Shown here: piece by piece, positions 46,547 to 56,773 of the stretch | How positions within the stretch are numbered: the stretch's first letter is position 1 | How the letters are laid out: the number at the start of each line of letters is the position of its first letter | Assembly: GCA_964617015.1 (NCBI GenBank) | Contig: CAZTVG010000001.1 | Span: 46,584 to 110,583, forward strand | Reading direction: 5' to 3' | Source: Candidatus Woesearchaeota archaeon | GTDB taxonomy: Archaea; Nanobdellota; Nanobdellia; Pacearchaeales; GW2011-AR1 | DNA length: 64,000 nt | The notes under the pieces: model-generated | What the model was told of the DNA's origin: nothing | The model's input: only the letters and a program-made list of their open reading frames with translations | The model's database searches: none | Made by a program: the position numbers and the translations under genes

Positions 46547-47863
46547 TTGGAAAAAGAAATAAAATTAATAGTAAATAAATTCCTTGAAAAATCAAAAAAT
46601 AAGGAAACGTTAATAATCAGTCACTTTGACACAGATGGAATAACTTCTGCTGCGGTGATGATTCAGTCCTTAAAGGGGCTGGATAGAAAGTTCTCTGTAA
46701 AAATTGTAAAGTCTCTTGAAGAAAAGTTCATATATGAACTCCAAAAAGATAAGGTCATTCTCTTCCTTGACCTAGCCTCAGGAAGTCTGAATCATATAAA
46801 AAAGGCTGGCCTGAAAGATGTGTTTATTATAGATCATCATGAAGTTGTCCAGGAAATTCCTGAATGTGTCACAATATTAAATCCTATGCTTAATACTAAG
46901 GAAAGCATAAACAGCTCTAGCCTGACATATCTTTTTTGCAAGGAAATGAATCCGGAAAACAAAAAATTCGCAAAGCTTGCTGTTTTGGGGATGATAGGAG
47001 ACTGGCTTGAAAAATCAATAGACAAACTAAACAACAGCATCCTTGAGGAGGGAGGGATAATAAAAAAAAGAGGATTGCTTCTTTACCCTTCAACAAGACC
47101 CCTAAACCGCACTCTTGAATACTCTTCACAGCCGTATATCCAGGGTGTTACAGGTAATTCCCAGGGAGTTCTGGAATTGTTAAGGGAAGCTGAAATAGGC
47201 TATGTAAACAAAAAATACAAAAGCCTGATAGAACTAGATGAAGAAGAAATGAAAAAACTAGTGACTTCTATCATGCTGAGAAACCCAAAAACAAAAATCA
47301 AGAACATCATCGGAGACATATTCCTCTTGAAATTTTTCAATAAACTCGAAGATGCAAGAGAACTGTGCGCCTTAATAAATGGGTGCTCAAGGCTTGGAAA
47401 AAGCGACACGGCACTGAAATTCTGCATGGAAATATCCGACGCAAAAAAAGAAGCTGAATCTATTTACGTAAAATACAAGCAGCATTTAATCTCAGCACTT
47501 GATTTCGTATCAAAGGCAGAAAAAATTCAGGACAGGGGTTTTGTAATTATTAACGCAGGAGATAATATAACAGACACAATAATAGGAACTATAACAAGTA
47601 TCCTGGCAAATTCCTCTATTTACGAAGATGGCACAATCATAATATCAATGGCTTACTATGGAGACAAAATCAAGGTATCAGCCAGAAATGTCGGAAGAAT
47701 TGGAAGAAATGTCAGAGAAATTCTGGATAGGGTAATAAAAGAAGTGGGAGGAGAGGTGGGGGGGCATGAATTTGCCGCCGGATGTAACATAGATAAGAGC
47801 CAAGAGAAAAAATTTATTGACACCCTGAGAAAAAATCTTGAAGTTGAATTGGTAAAGATTTAA
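46547..47863 (+). CDS. DHH family phosphoesterase (RecJ-like)
   Basis: HFDTDG, IDHH, GGGHEFAAG-like DHHA1 motif. Confidence 0.9.
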   Translation: MEKEIKLIVNKFLEKSKNKETLIISHFDTDGITSAAVMIQSLKGLDRKFSVKIVKSLEEKFIYELQKDKVILFLDLASGSLNHIKKAGLKDVFIIDHHEVVQEIPECVTILNPMLNTKESINSSSLTYLFCKEMNPENKKFAKLAVLGMIGDWLEKSIDKLNNSILEEGGIIKKRGLLLYPSTRPLNRTLEYSSQPYIQGVTGNSQGVLELLREAEIGYVNKKYKSLIELDEEEMKKLVTSIMLRNPKTKIKNIIGDIFLLKFFNKLEDARELCALINGCSRLGKSDTALKFCMEISDAKKEAESIYVKYKQHLISALDFVSKAEKIQDRGFVIINAGDNITDTIIGTITSILANSSIYEDGTIIISMAYYGDKIKVSARNVGRIGRNVREILDRVIKEVGGEVGGHEFAAGCNIDKSQEKKFIDTLRKNLEVELVKI

Positions 47864-47887
47864 AACCCTTATTTTTCTTCCTAAATT

Positions 47888-48592
47888 ATGAAAATTGAAG
47901 TTGGGGATATTGTTTTATGCACTGTGGACAGGGTAATAGGAATCAATGTATTTGTAAAAATAGAAGATAATGGCGAAGGATGCATTGTTATGAGTGAAAT
48001 TGCCCCCGGAAGAATAAGAAATATAAGAGATTACGTTGTTCCAAAGAAAAAGATAGCCTGCAAAGTTTTGAGAATATCTGGGGACAGGATTGATCTTTCT
48101 TTAAGAAGGGTAACTCAGAAAGAGCAGAAAGAACTCAAGGAAAGATACAAACAAGAGAAAAGCTATGAAAATATACTTAAAAGTGTTTTGGGAGAAAAAG
48201 CAGAAGAAGTAGTTGATGCAATATCAAGAACAGAGAAAACCTATGATTTCTTGCAGAAAGCAAAAGAAAATCCAAAGCAACTTGAAAAACTCGTGGGAAA
48301 AGAAGACTCAAAAAGGATTCTGGATATTTTGAAAATTCAGAGGCAAAAAAAATCAATTCTGAAGAAAGAGTTGTCTCTAACAACTCTAGAGCCTAATGGG
48401 CTTGAACTGATAAAAAATCTGTTAAAAAAGATAAAAGGAGCTGAAATAAAGTATGTTTCCGCAGGCAGGTATTCTTTGAAAACAGAATCAGAAGATATAA
48501 AAAAAGCTGACCATGAGCTCAGGAATAACCTTGATGAACTGGAAAAAGAGGCAAAAAAGAAAGCCATGGAATTTATTATTCTTAAGAAGTAA
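47888..48592 (+). CDS. eif2a: Translation initiation factor 2 alpha subunit
   Basis: S1 domain SEIAPGRIRNIRDY, IDLSLRRV. Confidence 0.88.
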   Translation: MKIEVGDIVLCTVDRVIGINVFVKIEDNGEGCIVMSEIAPGRIRNIRDYVVPKKKIACKVLRISGDRIDLSLRRVTQKEQKELKERYKQEKSYENILKSVLGEKAEEVVDAISRTEKTYDFLQKAKENPKQLEKLVGKEDSKRILDILKIQRQKKSILKKELSLTTLEPNGLELIKNLLKKIKGAEIKYVSAGRYSLKTESEDIKKADHELRNNLDELEKEAKKKAMEFIILKK

Positions 48593-48669
48593 ATAACATA
48601 GTTTATCACTTCTCATCAGGGAAAAAGATGTAACGAAACCTTTAAATATACAGTAAAAGATAAAATTTC

Positions 48670-49083
48670 ATGGCAGAACTAAAGGAATTCAAAGTTATTT
48701 TATTGGCAATAGTTTTTGATCCAAAAACAAAAAAAATCTTGATTGGAAAGAGAGAAAAAGACCCAGATATCCCTAAATTGACTTGGGCTTTTCCCGGTAG
48801 AGGAAAGGTTAATTATGACGAAGAAATAGAAGAAACACTAAAGAAAGGGATAAAAGAAAAAACAGGTTTAGAGGTTGAAAGCTTAGGGGCTGTATTTGCA
48901 AAAACTTACCCAGAGAAAAAAGAATTTTTATCTATATATTATTTATGCGAAGTCACAGGAGGAGAAGAAAAAGTAGGAGAAAAATTTGTAGAGTTAAAAT
49001 GGGTTAGCCCAGATGAGTTAGAGAAACATTTCACAACCTCGTTCCACCCTCATTTGAAAGAATACATCATGAATCTTAAATAA
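48670..49083 (+). CDS. NUDIX hydrolase
   Basis: WAFPG...IKEKTGL (degenerate Nudix box). Confidence 0.8.
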   Translation: MAELKEFKVILLAIVFDPKTKKILIGKREKDPDIPKLTWAFPGRGKVNYDEEIEETLKKGIKEKTGLEVESLGAVFAKTYPEKKEFLSIYYLCEVTGGEEKVGEKFVELKWVSPDELEKHFTTSFHPHLKEYIMNLK

Positions 49084-49218
49084 ATTAATCCCTCTTCCAT
49101 TAGTCATGTCCCGATACTACTGCAATATATTTTTTCTGGATAGATATAACTTTAAATTAGCCTGTCGCGAATTTGTATGCAAGCAAATTTATATATGCTA
49201 AATTATTTTATCGACAAC

Positions 49219-49341
49219 ATGAAATTAAAAAAATGTAAATCCTGTAAAAATTATACCTTAAAAGACAATTGTCCTGAATGCAACAAGAAAACTTCTGATG
49301 CTCATTACAAATTTATTAAAAGAGAACAGGCTAAAAAATAA
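49219..49341 (+). CDS. nop10: Nop10-like zinc-ribbon protein (40 aa)
   Basis: MKLKKCKSCKNYTLKDNCPECNKKTSDAHYKF; lies near aIF2a as in the usual archaeal cluster. Confidence 0.8.
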   Translation: MKLKKCKSCKNYTLKDNCPECNKKTSDAHYKFIKREQAKK

Positions 49342-49376
49342 ATTTGCAATCCCTATGAGTTTGTCAAAGTAAAAAC

Positions 49377-50597
49377 TTAAGATAAAGTTGCCTGTTTCTC
49401 ACCAAGCAAGGCTCTTCCGTATTCGCCGTCATAACCTGGAGCAATCTTTATTTTTTCTTCACGATTTTTTAAAATCAAGTCCGCAAGCTTTTCATCAAAG
49501 CTTTTTCCAAGTTTTTCTCCGGGAGTATTCAAAAGAATTTCAAACTCATTTCTGAATTCTTCTATTAACTTGTTGTACATCTTCCACGCTCCCTGACTAT
49601 TCATGCTAATTCCAAAAGCAAGAGCAATTACTTCGTGAAGAGGCAAAAGTTTATGAAAGGGTTTTGCATTTCCAGGCTTAAATCCCTCGGGATGCTTTGC
49701 AATTTGTTCCACCCTGTTTTCCACCCCTATAATTAATGGCTTTCTGCAAACAGGACAGATTTCTTTCAGCTTTTTTGTTTTCTCTGGATCACACGAGAAC
49801 TTGCATAATCTGTGGCCATCCCAGTGATATTTCCCGTATTCAGGTGGTGTTTCTATTGTTGATTTCAGACCCTGGCCTGTTCTTATTGCTTTTATTATCA
49901 AATCATAGGATAATTCAGGAATATCAAAAATCGTGGCTTCACGGCCTATGCGCCAGGGCCAGAAACTATGGGCATCTGAAAAGCTGACAACACTGACTCC
50001 TCTAGAGATTTCATCAAATCTCCACAACATAGAGGGGTCAGCACTCATCCCAGACTCAACAGCATAGATTTTCCTTACCTGGTCCTGAAAACATTCCTTT
50101 AAGCTATCAAATCCAGATTTGCTTCCAAATAAACCAAACCAAGGGGTCATGCAATGAGCAGGAATTATTTCAATTTTATCATCAATCTTTTTTAATTCTC
50201 CGACAAGCTCTGGAGAAGTCATTCCAAATATAGGTCTTCCATCATAATCAAGCCTGCCTTTACTTTTCAAAAAATCTGTCACCTGATCGGCTATCTCTGT
50301 GTTGGGAGCAAAAATAAGGTGGTGAATAGCCCTCCTCTTACCATCCTGACTATACATCAGGCTTACTTCTGTCTGCCATAAAAAAGGAAAGCCATTTGCA
50401 GTTCTTAAAATTCCTTTGTCATCTTCTGTGAGTTTTTCATCAATCTCTTTCCTTCTTAAGGGATGCTGGAAATCCCCGACACCAAGCAAATCCAGTCCTT
50501 TGATTCTCGCGTATTTCTCTAAATTTTCTATAGAAAGATTCCTGCTTGTTGCTCTGGCGTATTTAGAATGAATCTGCAAATCGGCAATCACTTCCAT
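49377..50597 (-). CDS. Endonuclease Q family (PHP domain) protein
   Basis: ADLQIHSKY, PAH..TPWFG, SDAHS, GKYHWDGHR.C, CPVC, PGYDGEYG. Confidence 0.88.
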   Translation of the reverse strand: MEVIADLQIHSKYARATSRNLSIENLEKYARIKGLDLLGVGDFQHPLRRKEIDEKLTEDDKGILRTANGFPFLWQTEVSLMYSQDGKRRAIHHLIFAPNTEIADQVTDFLKSKGRLDYDGRPIFGMTSPELVGELKKIDDKIEIIPAHCMTPWFGLFGSKSGFDSLKECFQDQVRKIYAVESGMSADPSMLWRFDEISRGVSVVSFSDAHSFWPWRIGREATIFDIPELSYDLIIKAIRTGQGLKSTIETPPEYGKYHWDGHRLCKFSCDPEKTKKLKEICPVCRKPLIIGVENRVEQIAKHPEGFKPGNAKPFHKLLPLHEVIALAFGISMNSQGAWKMYNKLIEEFRNEFEILLNTPGEKLGKSFDEKLADLILKNREEKIKIAPGYDGEYGRALLGEKQATLS

Positions 50598-50756
50598 TTT
50601 TTAACAAATAGACTGTTATTTTTAAGGATTTGGATATTGCTGGAATCGCTCAAAAAGCTGTAAGAAATTAATCAATAATAAATATCTTTAATAATTAACT
50701 GATTTGATTCTTGCTAACTTACCATGCTCTTATAAAATCAAAAATAATAAGACTTG

Positions 50757-52268
50757 CTATCTTCGTGCTCTGATTCTCCAGCCAAGCCCGACCAATACAA
50801 CAACTGCAATTAAAACCCACAGCCATGCCAAGCTTCTTTTTTCTTTTTCACCAGGAGGCACAACCCCATCTACTTCTTCACCATCTTCTGTTGTAACACT
50901 TTTCTCTGAAATTGCAAAGAAACTAAAGCTTGTTAACTCAACCTCATAAATCTCATCATCTCCTTCTGAACCTGTATATGTAGTAGGAAGCTCATTCCAC
51001 TGCCCAGCAGAGTCATCAAACCTGAATAAAGCTACGTTCTCTACACCGAGACCATTACTCGAAAGCCATGACTTTCCAACTTGAATTGTTATTGTTCCTT
51101 TCTCTAATTTATCTGCAAGATTGGTTGTTTCTATCTGCAGATATTTGTAAACTTTTCCTGTTTTTACTACAGAAACAGCTGCAGGTTGTCCTGGAAGCTT
51201 TGTAACAGTTATCTTAATGTTTTGTGCTGAATTATTTACTTCTATCTTAATTTCCTTAATTCCCATCTCAGGATCAAAATTTTTCATTATTGTTGCAACT
51301 CCAGGAGTCATTTTTGACCACGACTGAATTTTCTTTGGGGGTGGAGTGGTCGTAGTTCCACCACTGCTACATCCTGTAGTTGAAAAAGAAGTTGCTGAAG
51401 AAGATCCAACATTGCCTGCACTATCAGTACAAGTTACTGTATAAGTATAAGACCCACCACAACTTAATCCTGTCTCTGTTAAGGTACTTCCGGAAATAGT
51501 TGCTCCGCTCCTGTCCACAGTGCATGTACCATCTACACCTGAAATGGCTATTTCCAAAGAAGTCTGTCCTGAAGTTGTTTTAGTCAAACTCACAGAAGGT
51601 GCTGTTGTATCTAAAGTTATTGTCCTGCTAGAAGTTGAATTTGAATTTCCAACAGTATCATTTACTGTAACGTTATAAGTATATGTTCCTTCAATTAATC
51701 CTGTAAAATTACTAAGGAATGGAGATGTTGATGAAGTATTTTGTTGGACTAAACCAGAAGAATTATACAAAAATATAGTTATTATATCTAAACTCGTTGT
51801 AGCATCTGAGGCAGTAACATTAACAAAAATCCAGGTTCGTGATTTACTTACTGAATCTGCTTCTGTTGGAGATACATAAGATGTCAATGGAGCTGTATTA
51901 TCTACTGTTACATCTGCACTTAAGTCAGTAACAGTTGTTGTATCATTTTGTGCTTTTGCCTCAAAATAATATGTACCATCTGGTAAATTTGCAGTGTTAT
52001 TTACACATGTAAATGGACCTGCACCAGAAGTAGTATTAACACAAAACTGAACAAAACTTCCAGATTCATTGTGAGAAAAAGTAACATTATCTGCAGAAGT
52101 CCCTGTAATTGTTGCATCAAAAGTATAATTACCTGTTATATTATCATTAGCTGCAGGTGTAACTAAAGTTACAGTTGTAAGAGCTGCCATCACAAAATAT
52201 AAGGATAAAATTACTGCTACTAATACTGCAAATATTCCAAAAAACCTCAAATTAATATTATCTGCCAT
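50757..52268 (-). CDS. Surface glycoprotein with Ig-like repeats, PGF-pre-PGF-like domain and C-terminal TM
   Basis: DNTAP/DTTAP repeats; VYKYLQI...WNELPT...FSFFAI. Confidence 0.8.
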   Translation of the reverse strand: MADNINLRFFGIFAVLVAVILSLYFVMAALTTVTLVTPAANDNITGNYTFDATITGTSADNVTFSHNESGSFVQFCVNTTSGAGPFTCVNNTANLPDGTYYFEAKAQNDTTTVTDLSADVTVDNTAPLTSYVSPTEADSVSKSRTWIFVNVTASDATTSLDIITIFLYNSSGLVQQNTSSTSPFLSNFTGLIEGTYTYNVTVNDTVGNSNSTSSRTITLDTTAPSVSLTKTTSGQTSLEIAISGVDGTCTVDRSGATISGSTLTETGLSCGGSYTYTVTCTDSAGNVGSSSATSFSTTGCSSGGTTTTPPPKKIQSWSKMTPGVATIMKNFDPEMGIKEIKIEVNNSAQNIKITVTKLPGQPAAVSVVKTGKVYKYLQIETTNLADKLEKGTITIQVGKSWLSSNGLGVENVALFRFDDSAGQWNELPTTYTGSEGDDEIYEVELTSFSFFAISEKSVTTEDGEEVDGVVPPGEKEKRSLAWLWVLIAVVVLVGLGWRIRARR

Positions 52269-52369
52269 CCTCTCTTATCAAATAGTCAGGAATTAAAGTT
52301 TATAAATGTTTTTTTTTCAAATGCCCTAGAATGATTACGCTTAAGCATTCTTCATTCAGCTTTGCTGAA

Positions 52370-52490
52370 TGCCCTTACGAGGATTTGAACCCCGGTCTCA
52401 AGCTATTCGCGAGCTCATTCATTACTGATTCAAATTCTCACAAAACAACTCACCGCAAGCTTGTGTTCTGTCCGGCTGAACTACAAGGGC
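52370..52490 (-). tRNA. tRNA-Arg(GCG) with 48-nt intron at 37/38 (52405-52452)
   Basis: CAAGC-TTGCGG|intron|A-GCTTG; bulge-helix-bulge with TTGC:GCGA central helix, GGT and ATA bulges, GAGTT:AGCTC outer helix. Confidence 0.92.
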
Positions 52491-52785
52491 CTTAATATTT
52501 TAAGAATAAAGATTCTTATTAATCTTATCTATTTTTATACGCAGTCCGGAAAATATTAATATGTCCGAAGAATTTAGCAATTATCCGAAAATAATATCCA
52601 AGTCCAAGCCACTGGGAAAATTTAACTGGTTGAAATTGTTAAAAATCTGACTTGCTAAAATAGTAGTTGCTGAAGCTAAGACAAGATTATGTTTCTTTTG
52701 ATACCACATCATACGCGCAAACCAGTGAGGGTTAATAGCTTCTCAATAATTATTTCAACATTACCTTAATTAAAAAAATTTCCTA

Positions 52786-55278
52786 TCAAGCCTCATCAAC
52801 TATTCCTGCCTCTGTCACAAAAAAGATTGTTTCATTGTCTGGCAGATTAGGACTGTCAATTAATTTAGCTACTCTTGAATCTTTCTTGCCTCTTCTCAGA
52901 TAGAGCCTGTAGGTCGAATTATGAACCACAAAACCATTAGCAATATAATTTTCATGTGAAGGAACAGAAAAATCATAAAATACTTCCTTTTTTTTATTCT
53001 CTGTAATATTAATCTCTCTTATTTTCTCAAATCTTAAATCAGACTTCAATAGATTAAAAATAAAATCTATTTTCTGTTTTATCTGCCTATCTTTTATTCT
53101 AGTATTCATTAAATCATTGAATGCTTTCTTTAACTCTCTTCTGCCAATCCATTTATAACTCTTATCTCTTGATTTAATAATCAAAGAAGGATTTAATCCT
53201 GCTGATTTTAATAAGCTCCGAATTTCTTCTCTATTTATAGGCATCATCTCCTTAGAATATGTTTTTTGAATCTTTTCGATAGATTCAATTAATCGCTTTT
53301 GTTTGTCTCCTGCTGTAAATCCAATCTGCAAATAGTTCCGAACATCCCTATTGGCAATTCTCAAAATAGTCATATTTTTTTTGCCTATATCAAATTTTAT
53401 TGTGGACCTTATCCCAAATCTCAATAAAAACAATTGAATGTATCTTATTATCTGCTTTCTCTTTTGAGCAATAGTAATCATTACTCTTTTTTTGTCTATA
53501 TGTCCTTCAGCATCGACAAATCCTTTAATAAAGCCCCTAACCACATCATTTTTACTCTTACTAATATAATCAAAAATATTTAACATAATGGGCTGAAATA
53601 AATCTCTAATTTCTTTTGAATTTATAGAGAGAGTATAGCAGTTTTTGTTTTTCATCTTAGTTATCTTTCCATCAACATTAAAAATCTCTTTAAACAAAAG
53701 ATTATAATTTTGCAAAACTTCAAATCTTTCATCTCTAAATCTTAATCCTCCTACTTCAAAATTACCATCACCTAAGAAATAACCACAAATCTGTCCAAGT
53801 TGAGGCGTCATTAAAGAGGATAAAACTAAATCTCTGTGTTTATGTGTCTGAACAGGAATCATTTGTAACTGTAATCTCCCTGAAAAATAGTTTTTAAGTT
53901 TATCAAACACTTCGGTATTTGTAGGGTATGACTGATTCAAAACTCTTCTAAAATGTCTCGGAGTTATTCCAATCTTTTCACAGATTTCTTTTCTTGTTAT
54001 ATTATCCTTCTTTAATTCTTCTGAAATAATTCTACTGTCTTTCTCAGATAACTTACCTATTTTTTTAACATTTACAAAAGGTAATCTTTGCTCTTGTCCT
54101 TCGATATTAATTTTTCCTGCTTGAACAATGAATTCACCTTCCTTCAAATCTTTAGCTTCTTTCTCAACAACTGAAAAACCATCCAATGTAAAAAATCTAT
54201 GCAAACCAGAACAATTTATCTGATTATTTGTCTTAATATTGTATTTTTTATCTATTTCTGGATTTGCAAAAACCATTTCAGAATTTGCATTTTCTAAATT
54301 CATATTTCTAAAATTTCCAGAAATTACTTTCTCCTGCTTCATATCCCTAATCTCTTTTATGCTTCCGTCTGCCAATTGGATTAAGCTATCTTCTGTCAGA
54401 CAAGCATGCCCTACAATATGTCCTCCTATTGCTGTTGTAGGGTCTCCAAAAAGCTGTGCAGGATTTGCCATAACCTGGTTTGTTACATAAACCGCAAGAT
54501 TGTATGTTTCCGCAAGTTTCATAAGGTGATGGATATATCTGTTGAGTCTTTGCTGCCTGTCTGCCAGTTGACCACGACCTGCAAATTCGGCACGAAAATG
54601 AGCTGTCAGGGAATCAACAATAAGAAGCTTGATTGGCTCTCCTTGTTTAATCATTTCTGAAATCTTGTCAAGAAGAAGAATCTGGTGGTCAGAATTAAAG
54701 GCTCTCGCAACAAATATATTTTTAAGGACTTTTTCAGGATTTGCGTTGAGTTTTTCTGCAATCTGCTTTATCCTCGAAGGCCTGAATGTTCCTTCAGTAT
54801 CAATAAAAACACACTTTCCATTGGTTCCTCCCTTATCCAATGGAAACTGAACATTCACTGCAAGAGTCAATCCTAACTGAGTTTTTCCAGAGCCATAAGC
54901 TCCAAAAGCCTCTGTAATTGCCCTTGATTCAATGCCTCTCCCACCCAAGAGTGAATCAAAATTTTTGCTTCCTGTTGTAATATTGTGAATGCTTTCTCTT
55001 TTCTTTGCATACTCTGTTCCATCAACAAAACCAAGGTCAAGCATCTTCCTTGCAGCCTGGATAGCTTTTCTTGCAATAGCTGTGCTTACCCCTGAAGTTC
55101 CTGAAAGATCTGAAGGAGTCATAACCGCAACAGACATAAGATCGTAAATTCCTGCAGACTCAAGTTTCGAAGACACTGCAGGACCTATTCCTGGGAGGTC
55201 GGTAAGCTTTAACTCTTTGTTTTCTTCCTTTTCAGAAACAGCTTCCTTAATCTGTTTAGCATCGTCTTTGACAGCCAT
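52786..55278 (-). CDS. radA: DNA repair and recombination protein RadA, intein-containing
   Basis: GAYGSGKTQ, IDTEGTFRP, VDSLTAHFR, TNQV. Confidence 0.96.
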   Translation of the reverse strand: MAVKDDAKQIKEAVSEKEENKELKLTDLPGIGPAVSSKLESAGIYDLMSVAVMTPSDLSGTSGVSTAIARKAIQAARKMLDLGFVDGTEYAKKRESIHNITTGSKNFDSLLGGRGIESRAITEAFGAYGSGKTQLGLTLAVNVQFPLDKGGTNGKCVFIDTEGTFRPSRIKQIAEKLNANPEKVLKNIFVARAFNSDHQILLLDKISEMIKQGEPIKLLIVDSLTAHFRAEFAGRGQLADRQQRLNRYIHHLMKLAETYNLAVYVTNQVMANPAQLFGDPTTAIGGHIVGHACLTEDSLIQLADGSIKEIRDMKQEKVISGNFRNMNLENANSEMVFANPEIDKKYNIKTNNQINCSGLHRFFTLDGFSVVEKEAKDLKEGEFIVQAGKINIEGQEQRLPFVNVKKIGKLSEKDSRIISEELKKDNITRKEICEKIGITPRHFRRVLNQSYPTNTEVFDKLKNYFSGRLQLQMIPVQTHKHRDLVLSSLMTPQLGQICGYFLGDGNFEVGGLRFRDERFEVLQNYNLLFKEIFNVDGKITKMKNKNCYTLSINSKEIRDLFQPIMLNIFDYISKSKNDVVRGFIKGFVDAEGHIDKKRVMITIAQKRKQIIRYIQLFLLRFGIRSTIKFDIGKKNMTILRIANRDVRNYLQIGFTAGDKQKRLIESIEKIQKTYSKEMMPINREEIRSLLKSAGLNPSLIIKSRDKSYKWIGRRELKKAFNDLMNTRIKDRQIKQKIDFIFNLLKSDLRFEKIREINITENKKKEVFYDFSVPSHENYIANGFVVHNSTYRLYLRRGKKDSRVAKLIDSPNLPDNETIFFVTEAGIVDEA
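52918..54402 (-). mobile_element. 495-aa intein with LAGLIDADG endonuclease in RadA
   Basis: GGHIVGHA|CLTEDS...FVVHN|STYRL; CGYFLGDG and FIKGFVDAEG motifs. Confidence 0.93.
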
Positions 55279-55472
55279 AAATCTTCAAGATAAAGCCCGT
55301 TTATAAAGATTATTTAACTTCTAGATATATCTTGGAAAACCATTTTAAAAGCATAAAAATTTGAAGTAAATAAAAGAGTCTTAGACAGTTAAATAGATAC
55401 TTTAATTTAAACCGATACAATAAATTAGACTATATTAAAAATCTTCTCTGTAAATATAAAAATATCAATATT

Positions 55473-56417
55473 TTATTTCTCCAGTCTGCTTATGACTTCA
55501 TCAAGATTAACCTCTCTTACACTTTCTATTATAAGTTCAGGAGTATTAAAAAAAGCATTATTTCTGACATTTCCTGAGAAAATCATTTCTTTTCCCAGGA
55601 CAACTTCTTTTTGTGCGGTGAGTTTTTCAGAATCCTCCAGCTCTGTAAGACCAAGTTCAGAGATAGATTCATGAAACAAAACTGTCCTTATTGTCTCTGT
55701 TCCGTCATCAAGAACAATATTTGCAACAGCCCTTTTTTCAGGGATAACTTTGCCATGTTCTTTGCATAAAAAAACTTCTCCTTCTTGATTAACTTTCCTT
55801 TTGCATTCATTGCATACGTGAAAAAATCTTGGCTCAAAAATCTGGACAACAAAAGCCCTTACAGAAGCATTTTCTCCTTTCTTAAAATCAATTATGTTTT
55901 TTTCCCTGAAGGATTTTTCCGTGATAACTTCCCCCAATACTTCGTCACTTGGCTTTATTTCGGAAAAACTCCCCAAGTGCAATTCACTGTCTCTCATTGT
56001 TGCGTTGGAAATTTCAATGACTTTTCCTTCTGCAATCTCTCCTTTTTCAATTAATCCGATATGGTGCGTATCCCACAGAACAACCTTGATGTTTGATGAC
56101 TCATCTGCTATCCAAAAATTCACAACCTTGCTCTCTTCTCCCTTTTTTGTTTTAAATGTCCTTACAGGAAAAATCTCTAAAACCCTGCCAACAAGATTCA
56201 CTTTTCTCATTCCCGGAAGAAGTTCATCTATCTTCAGCCTTTCATTTTCAAAAGAAATTCCGAGCTCTGCAGCAATCACCTGCGCAGCACCCTCTTTGCT
56301 GATTAATCCGGAAAGTTTTGACCTTTTGGCTTCCACTCTTCTTTCCACTTCCTCTTTTTCAAGACCGGCAGAGCTTGCAATCTTCTCAAGAACCCTTTCA
56401 TAATTTCCCTGAACCAT
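55473..56417 (-). CDS. rpa: Replication protein A-like OB-fold ssDNA-binding protein
   Basis: Two OB folds, ADESSNIKVVLW, CNEC..CKEH zinc finger, LDDGT. Confidence 0.85.
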   Translation of the reverse strand: MVQGNYERVLEKIASSAGLEKEEVERRVEAKRSKLSGLISKEGAAQVIAAELGISFENERLKIDELLPGMRKVNLVGRVLEIFPVRTFKTKKGEESKVVNFWIADESSNIKVVLWDTHHIGLIEKGEIAEGKVIEISNATMRDSELHLGSFSEIKPSDEVLGEVITEKSFREKNIIDFKKGENASVRAFVVQIFEPRFFHVCNECKRKVNQEGEVFLCKEHGKVIPEKRAVANIVLDDGTETIRTVLFHESISELGLTELEDSEKLTAQKEVVLGKEMIFSGNVRNNAFFNTPELIIESVREVNLDEVISRLEK

Positions 56418-56499
56418 TTATGAAGAAAAAATCATTTCTTTTTAAGTATTGTTATTCTCTTTTAAATAAGTTTATAAATCTCTCCATTTAAACTAAAAT

Positions 56500-56772
56500 A
56501 TGGGAGTAGCAGCAGTCAAGATAAAATTAATGCCTGTATCTCCTGAAACAGACCTGAAAAAGATTGAGGAAAAAACGAAAGAAGTTCTGGCGAAAAACAA
56601 TGTTAAAAATCCTCAGTTTGAAGTTCAAAAAATAGCTTTTGGTCTTAAAGCGCTCATAGTTCTATTTGGTTGGCCAGAGGAAAAATCTCTGGAAGAATTA
56701 GAAGAAAATCTGAAGAAAATCAGGGAAGTAAATTCTGTGGAAGTTATTGATATAAGGAGGGCAATAGGATAG
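56500..56772 (+). CDS. ef1b: Elongation factor 1-beta
   Basis: KLMPVSPETDL, IAFGLKAL. Confidence 0.93.
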   Translation: MGVAAVKIKLMPVSPETDLKKIEEKTKEVLAKNNVKNPQFEVQKIAFGLKALIVLFGWPEEKSLEELEENLKKIREVNSVEVIDIRRAIG

Positions 56773-56773
56773 T

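Noticed and set aside
52544..52605. Spaced TCCG(A/G)A repeats upstream of tRNA-Arg(GCG)
   Set aside because: Short and irregular; cannot be distinguished from chance
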